DNA of 64,000 nt from NCBI GenBank assembly GCA_964016885.1, contig OZ024747.1:24924001-24988000 (forward strand), in the 5' to 3' direction. The position numbers were made by a program, and so were the translations under genes. Positions 57,213 to 64,000 of the stretch are shown piece by piece; positions within the stretch are counted from its first letter, which is position 1, and every line of letters starts with the position of its first letter. The notes beneath the pieces were generated by a model. That model was not told where the DNA came from. It saw only the letters and a program-made list of their open reading frames with translations, and did no database searches. Source of the stretch: Eledone cirrhosa (Eukaryota).

Positions 57213-59359
57213 ATGCGAAAACACAACATCGACTTCTCTACCAAGAACATCCCAATCCCACCGAAAAAACTTTACCTTCGGATGCTCACGCAAAAAATCG
57301 ATCTATTTGCGAAAAGACTTAGATGGAGAACTTTTTTCTACGACAGATTTTGCGACAATCAGGACTTCGGTACCAAGGAGAGATTCGAATTTATTACCTA
57401 CAAATCTCCCCCCTCCCCCCGAACCATTTGCTCTCACCCTTCGAGAATGACCTCTTCCAACTGGTCAAGAACTTTAAATTCAAACCCAGACACAACCGAT
57501 TCCTACTAAAACTCCGTAGCAACTTAACAGAGTATGATAACACCAATGACATCATGGTGCATTCGGATAAAACTGGGAACCTATACTTTGTCAACCCCGA
57601 CAAATACCACACACTGATCAGGAGCAGCCTAAACTCCACCTATAAAAAGGCTAACCACTCATGCATCGGGGACATTAATCGAGATGGACAACAAATTACC
57701 TCCAGCCTCGGGGTCGCCGACCGCACCGAACCCCTAGACCCACGGATACCCTACTTCACACTGAAGGACCACAAATCCGATTTCGACCGTAAACCATCTA
57801 TCAGGCTTATAAACCCAACGAAGTCCGACATAGGGAGAATCAGCCAAAAAATCCTAGACCGCGTGATACCAAAAGTCAAGCAACACGCCCGACTTAGCCT
57901 ATGGATCAACACCCAGGGAGTTATCTCATGGTTCAGCAATATGGAGGATAAACGAGACACTAAATTTATCCAGTTCGACATAGAGAGCTACTATGCTTCT
58001 ATCACCTTACCGCTACCTACCCTCGCCGAAGCACTTGTGCCCATCACCGACCAGGAAAGAAAAATCCCCCTCCACGCCAGGAAGACAGTCTTACTCTTTG
58101 ACAACTCCAAATGGATAAAAAGAGCTCCCGGCTCACCCTTCGACGTCAGCATGGGCGCTACGGATTCGGCGGAGGTCACAGATCTTATAGGATTATTCCT
58201 TATAGCCAAACTCACCGATATGTTTCCTGCTTTCGGTGGTGGATTGTACCGTGATGATGGGCTCCTTACCCTCAAAGGGTACAACCCCAGTAGTACAGAT
58301 CGGGTCCGTAAACAATTAATCAGCTTCTTCCGCGACTGGGGATTTAAAATAACCCTACAAACGTCTCTGACCCGAGTTAATTTCCTGGACGTTACCCTCG
58401 ATCTCAATAATGACCTGTACTACCCATACAGGAAACCCAATGACAACCTGCACTACATCCACCGCCGATCTAACCATCCTAGGAACATCACCAACAACCT
58501 GGTCAAAAACATCTCCCTCCGCATATCCCATTTGTCAGCCAATGAGAAGATATTCGATGAACATGCGCCTTACTACAACCAGGCCCTCAAGCGGAGTGGC
58601 TTCCGGGAGGAAATATCCTACTGTCCAGCTCCCATTAGCGGAACCAGCAGGCGACACCGCCGCTCACGCAATGTAACATGGTTCAATCCTCCCCACAACG
58701 CCGAGGTGACAACTCCCATCAGGAAAATCTTCTTTAGGCTCATTGAAAAACACTTCCCACCACAACACCGCTACCACAACATAATTAACAAAAATACCAT
58801 CAAACTCTCTTACAGCACTACACCTAACTTCGCACAAAACATCGTCTCCTCCAACAACAAAAAACTCAACCCCGATGGAAGAAACAACCTAAATAGCAGT
58901 GGAGAGCCGACCAGGAGGTGCAACTGTCCTGATAGATCCATTTTCCCCCTCGACAACAGATGCAGAGACCGCAATGTGATCTACCAGTGGAACGTGAGCA
59001 CGGACACCTCCAACAAAGCTTATATTGGATTAACCGCATGTGACTTCAAGACCCGGCTATACCAACACAGACATACCTTCCGAAACCCGGCCCGGCGTCA
59101 CGCCACTACACTTTCGGGCCACATATGGGACCTCAAGGACAACAACATCAACTATGATTTCACTTGGAAATTACTGTCCAGAGCCAACTCTTACACGGGA
59201 GGACGCCGTCCGTGCAATTTATGCTCGGAGGAAACTATACAAATGTTGTTTTCGACGGACCAACTCCTAAATAAGAAAGATGAACTGGTTACTGCATGTA
59301 AACACCGATTACGTAGGACTTACCTCGCCCTCAAACCCCATAATGACCCGGGGGGGTAG
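57213..59359 (+). pseudogene. PLE ORF (RT plus GIY-YIG endonuclease) with one frameshift near 57408-57421
   Basis: N-terminus MRKHNIDFSTKNIPIP...KRLRWRTFFY in one frame, then DKTGN, IRLINP, QFDIESYYASI, MGATDSAEV, LYRDD, FLDV, CNC, VIY..YIG, CNLC and CKH in another; the shift lies in a C-rich run. Confidence 0.9.
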
Positions 59360-60545
59360 ACTAGGGCTATAACACCCCACTTGCCTATTTTGTAAGGGGT
59401 AACCCCTGCTTGCCAATGGAGACGTAAGACCTTTTATCGCTTCCTTTATATTTCCTCCTTACCCCCATCCCTCCCTAGCCCTTCTACCCCAGTTCCCTTT
59501 CTTTGTCGTCGTCTTTTTCTCGCCCACCCGAGGTAGCCCCTCGGTCCCTTGTCGCTTCAGCACCCCACCCCTCCCCTACTCTATGATAGATTTGGCTGAC
59601 TCCGCTTTTTATAGCAGAGGTGTTAGACTTCGGATACTTGCCCCCTTCTCCGACCGCTGTCCCTTTTTTCCGTGCCTTCTATATTTCTTAGTGGCATTTT
59701 TGCTTTAATTTTTCGTTTAACCAGTATTTCTTTCCTCTTTTCCATTTTTTTTTTTTGGGGGGGGGGGTTTCTGTATTAATTTTCCGTTCCTTACTTTTAC
59801 CTCGCACGATCTTTCATGTAGCCTGTATAAGACTTTTTGTTTCGTGGCGGTACCCTTAGAGTTAGCACGAGTATTTTTTTGCGGGACCCTGAATTATATT
59901 CTCGTACTAGTTTACCCTCTTGCTCTGGGTGGTTGCTGGCCCCGTGATCGGGGTAGAAACCTTTATTATTTCGTGGTAGTCTCTTTAGTATTTTGCCCCC
60001 CCCCCCCCTTGTCGACCCGTCACCGTACGATACACGCACTTATACCTCGTATAAGGGTCCCTCTATTTCCGTCCCACCTAGTTTATTTTCATTTATTTTT
60101 TATTCTTCATTATATATATATATATTTTTTTTTTTTTTTATTAAATTTATTTATCTATTCTTTTATTCACTTATTTGTTTATTTATTTATTTATGTATTT
60201 CTTTAGCCTAGCAATAGCGAGAGACTTAAGTCTTAGTAACCAGACCTTGCTTATTTTCTCTTTTCTCTCTCTCAGTACTTTTCATAGTTTTACCCTTCAT
60301 TGTTCTTACTTACCGTTTCGACTTCCTCCCCTCCCCCTCCCCTCCCCAGTATCCTCTTTGACCTGACACCCAGCTGTAGCCGGCACTACTAACGCTTGAA
60401 TGGGTCTACTCCACCCCCCTCTCCCTTTTTCTCCTACCGGCAGGTTCAGCTACCCCTTCCCCCACCATTTTGCCATCACAGATTTACTACTAACTTGTGA
60501 TGTGACCAATCCTGGTGTGTATCTCTTTGACCATATATGGAATTG

Positions 60546-60637
60546 CCCCTTGACAAGCTCGGCTATTTAAATACCAGAATAAATTTTTATTCAGTCCAAA
60601 ATTAGCCGTCGAAACGGCTTGAGCTCAGCCGTCGGGG
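60546..60637 (+). ncRNA. Hammerhead, U3-A8 variant (3' pseudo-LTR)
   Basis: Same motif as 56934-57025; predicted cut after GUC at 60633, about 18 nt before the TA tract. Confidence 0.78.
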
Positions 60638-60648
60638 TCTTACTTGTT

Positions 60649-60703
<55 letters not shown>

Positions 60704-60750
60704 TAAGGAAAAAGAACAAAGGAACTTTTATGACATTATAACAAGTTTAT

Positions 60751-60797
60751 TGCCGACAGCCGTTTCGTCCGACCATATGGTGGGACTTTTCAAGGCA
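60751..60797 (-). ncRNA. Minimal hammerhead, U3-A8 variant (left arm)
   Basis: Minus strand TGCC-TTGAAAA-GTCCcACCatatGGTcGGAC-GAA-ACggctGT-C-GGCA. Confidence 0.8.
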
Positions 60798-62602
60798 TAT
60801 AACAGGTAATTGTAAGTTCATCATTTTCATCAACGTTTCACTCAAGCTTAGCAGTTTGAAATCGTGGTATACATCAACAGCTCAGCTTGTTTATCTGGGG
60901 TCTATATTCTAAGGGGGCTCTTTTATAATAGTTGTAGGAGTTGTAAAAGGGATGGGTTAGAGGGAATTAAGAGAATTTGAAAAGGGCCTAAAAGTTAGGG
61001 ATTGAAGGTTAAAAATTAAAGAATTTATAAGTTACGCATTAAAAGTAAAAGACTTGAGATCCCCCAAAAGCACCTTAAAAAACACCTCAATAAGCGCATA
61101 AAGCTTATAAGCCCCAATAAACCTAAAAAAACAGAAGAGATTAAGAGAATAAAAAATAAAAAGTTTCCTAAAAAATTCCTTCAAAAAAGGTTTTCTAAAA
61201 AATTCCCTTAAAAAAATTTAAGAAAGTTTACGAAGATTTAATAATCCCTCCGAAAGTTCTAAACTTAAAAATTAAAAATTAGGGGAAAAAAAAAAAAATA
61301 CTTTCAAAAAGATTTAAGAGGTTAATAAAGTTAATGATTTAGGGAATCCATAATATAAAGATTAAGATTTAAGTTAGGATTTTAAGTTTAAGAGTTCCAA
61401 ACCCAGAAATTAAAAAATTTAATGAATTTAAGAAATCTTATATATCCAAGATTAAAAATTAGAGATTAAGAGGTTGAACATTAAATTTAAAAATTAAGAA
61501 ATAAATAGTTGAAAGAAATTAATCAATTAAAGGTTAATTCAAAAAGCCTTCAAAAAATCCCTCAGAAAAGGCCTCTTTAATATTTTTAATAAAAACCTCT
61601 TCCGAAAGACCCTTCAAAGAATTAAAAATTTAGAGAACCTTTAAATATATATATAAATGAATTGAGGAAAATTACAAATTACAAATTACGGAATTTGAGA
61701 GATCCGAGGAATTTCCAAAGGGTTGCTTCAACAGATACAACAATTTAGGTATAATAAATAAAGTAATTTAAGTAATCTAATTAAGGATCAATTCAAAGAG
61801 CTTATCAAGTTGGGCTCGAAGATTAAAGAAAATGATAAGTAAGAAAATATATAAGTAAAAAGACAATAATTATTGTATAATAATATTTACTTGATAAGCT
61901 CTTTGAATTGATCCTTAATTAGATTACTTAAATTACTTTATTTATTATACCTAAGTTGTTGTATCTGTTGAAGCAACCCTTTGGAAATTCCTCGGATCTC
62001 CCAAATTCCGTAATTTGTAATTTGTAATTTTCCTCAATTCATTTATATATATTTTTAAAGGTTCTCTAAATTTTTAATTCTTTGAAGGGTCTTTCGGAAG
62101 AGGTTTTTATTAAAAATATTAAAGAGGCCTTTTCTGAGGGATTTTTTGAAGGCTTTTTGAATTAACCTTTAATTGATTAATTTTTTCAACTATTTATTTC
62201 TTAATTTTTAAATTTAATGTTCAACCTCTTAATCACTAATTTTTAATCTTAGATATATAAAATTTCTTAATCTTAAATTCATTAAATTTTTAAATTTCTG
62301 GGTTTAGAACTCTTAAACTTCAAATCCTAACTTAAATCTTAATCTTTATATTATGGATTCCCTAAATCATTAACTTTATTAACCTCTTAAATCTTTTTGA
62401 AAGTATTTTTTTTTTTTTTCCTAATTTTTAATTTTTAAGTTTAGAACTTTCGGAGGGATAATTAAATCTTCGTAAATTTTCTTAAATTTTTTTAAGGGAA
62501 TTTTTTAGAAAAATTTTTTTGAAGGAATTTTTTAGGAAACATTTTATTTTTTTTATTCGTGAAACGTTGATGAAAATGATGAACTTACAATTACCTGTTA
62601 TA

Positions 62603-62649
62603 TGCCTTGAAAAGTCACACCATATGGTCGGACGAAACGGCTGTCGGCA
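62603..62649 (+). ncRNA. Minimal hammerhead, U3-A8 variant (right arm)
   Basis: TGCC-TTGAAAA-GTCacACCatatGGTcgGAC-GAA-ACggctGT-C-GGCA ATAAA; one extra stem II mismatch. Confidence 0.75.
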
Positions 62650-62842
62650 ATAAACTTGTAATAATGTCATAAAGTTCCTTTATTCTTTTTCCTTAATGTT
62701 TCTGATCTACAAAGTTCCTTTATTCTTTTTCCTTAATGTTTCTGATCTACTTATACGCATAGAGCTTAACTAGCTACCGTCGCATATTTAGTAGGTCAGG
62801 CGTGATCATCGCGATTTACGTACGACCTACCATACATCTTGC

Positions 62843-63212
62843 TAATATATATATAAATATATAAATATATATATATATGTATAAATATATAAATATATAT
62901 ATATGTATAAATATATATATATATGTATAAATATATAAATATATATATGTATAAATATATAAATATATATATGTATAAATATATATATGTATAAATATAT
63001 ATATATATGTATAAATATATATATGTATCTATAAATATATATATATATATGTATAAATATATATATATATGTATAAATATATATATATATATGTATAAAT
63101 ATATATATATATGTATAAATATATATATATAAATATATATATATATGTATAAATATATATATATATGTATAAATATATATATATGTATAAATATATATAT
63201 ATATGTATAAAT

Positions 63213-63244
<32 letters not shown>

Positions 63245-63337
63245 GTATAAATATATATATATATATGTATAAATATATATATATATATGTATAAATATAT
63301 ATATATATATGTATAAATATATATATATATATGTATA

Positions 63338-63368
<31 letters not shown>

Positions 63369-63393
63369 GTATAAATATATATATATATGTATA

Positions 63394-63427
<34 letters not shown>

Positions 63428-63435
63428 AATATATG

Positions 63436-63486
<51 letters not shown>

Positions 63487-63597
63487 AAATATATATATAT
63501 ATGTATAAATATATAAATATATATATATGTATAAATATATATATATATATATATATAAATATATATATGTGTATAAATATATGTATATATATATATG

Positions 63598-63631
<34 letters not shown>

Positions 63632-64000
63632 TAAATATATATATATGCAGCAGCAACAAACTCCCTCCTACACCAGTGGCCAACCTATACAGGCTGGAGA
63701 TAAAATGTGTAGCAACAAGGGCGGTGCCCCAGCATGGCCTCAGCCGGATGGCTGAAGCAGGTAAAAGAGTAAAAGAGTAAAAGAGTATGTATAAATATAT
63801 ATATATATATGTATGTATAAATATATATATATATATGTATGTATAAATATATATATATATATATATATGTATAAATATATATATATATATATATGTATAA
63901 ATATATATATATATATATATATAGATAAATATATATATATGTATAAATATAAATATATATATATATGTATAAATATATATATATATATATGTATAAATAT
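62843..64000. repeat. (TA)n satellite with TGTATAAA variants, interrupted by a SINE piece
   Basis: Directly visible. Confidence 0.95.
63647..63786 (+). mobile_element. SINE 3' fragment with (GTAAAAGA)n tail
   Basis: GGCGGTGCCCCAGCATGGCC...GTAAAAGAGTAAAAGAGTAAAAGAGT; related to 4800-4940. Confidence 0.7.

Larger units (their letters stand above)
56585..60651 (+). mobile_element. Near-complete Penelope-like retroelement in (TA)n
   Basis: RT plus GIY-YIG ORF, direct pseudo-LTRs 56776-57041 and 60370-60651, inverted pseudo-LTR segment 56585-56778, TA tracts on both sides. Confidence 0.93.
60703..62842. repeat. Large imperfect palindrome of two head-to-head family-B copies
   Basis: 61147-61810 pairs with 61889-62558, and 60703-60842 with 62559-62697; 78-bp spacer; the right arm lacks about 60843-61146. 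Confidence 0.92.

Noticed and set aside
57323-57420. N-terminus of the 678-aa ORF as annotated
   Set aside because: Out-of-frame sequence upstream of the frameshift; the PLE-like N-terminus starts at 57213 in another frame.

Overview
Repeat-dominated, AT-rich eukaryotic DNA; the repeat families look like those of a cephalopod, probably Octopus (inference). No host protein-coding gene can be supported, and nearly all long ORFs in the track are translations of (TA)n, (CA)n, (CAT)n or minisatellites. The real coding content is retroelement-derived: a near-complete Penelope-like element (PLE; RT plus C-terminal GIY-YIG, one frameshift, direct and inverted pseudo-LTRs) at about 56.6-60.7 kb, a 5'-truncated CR1-group LINE with an open ORF, several RTE fragments, three restriction-like-endonuclease (CRE-type) 3' fragments, a mariner remnant with two MITEs, and many tRNA-derived SINEs. 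The main hidden signal, read by eye, is about 12 type I hammerhead ribozyme motifs from at least 7 sequence families. Two families use a U3-A8 core (UUGANAA) in place of CUGANGA. One carries AAUAAA inside an extended stem II, and two sit facing outward at the ends of a roughly 2 kb palindrome. Activity is predicted from pairing only.
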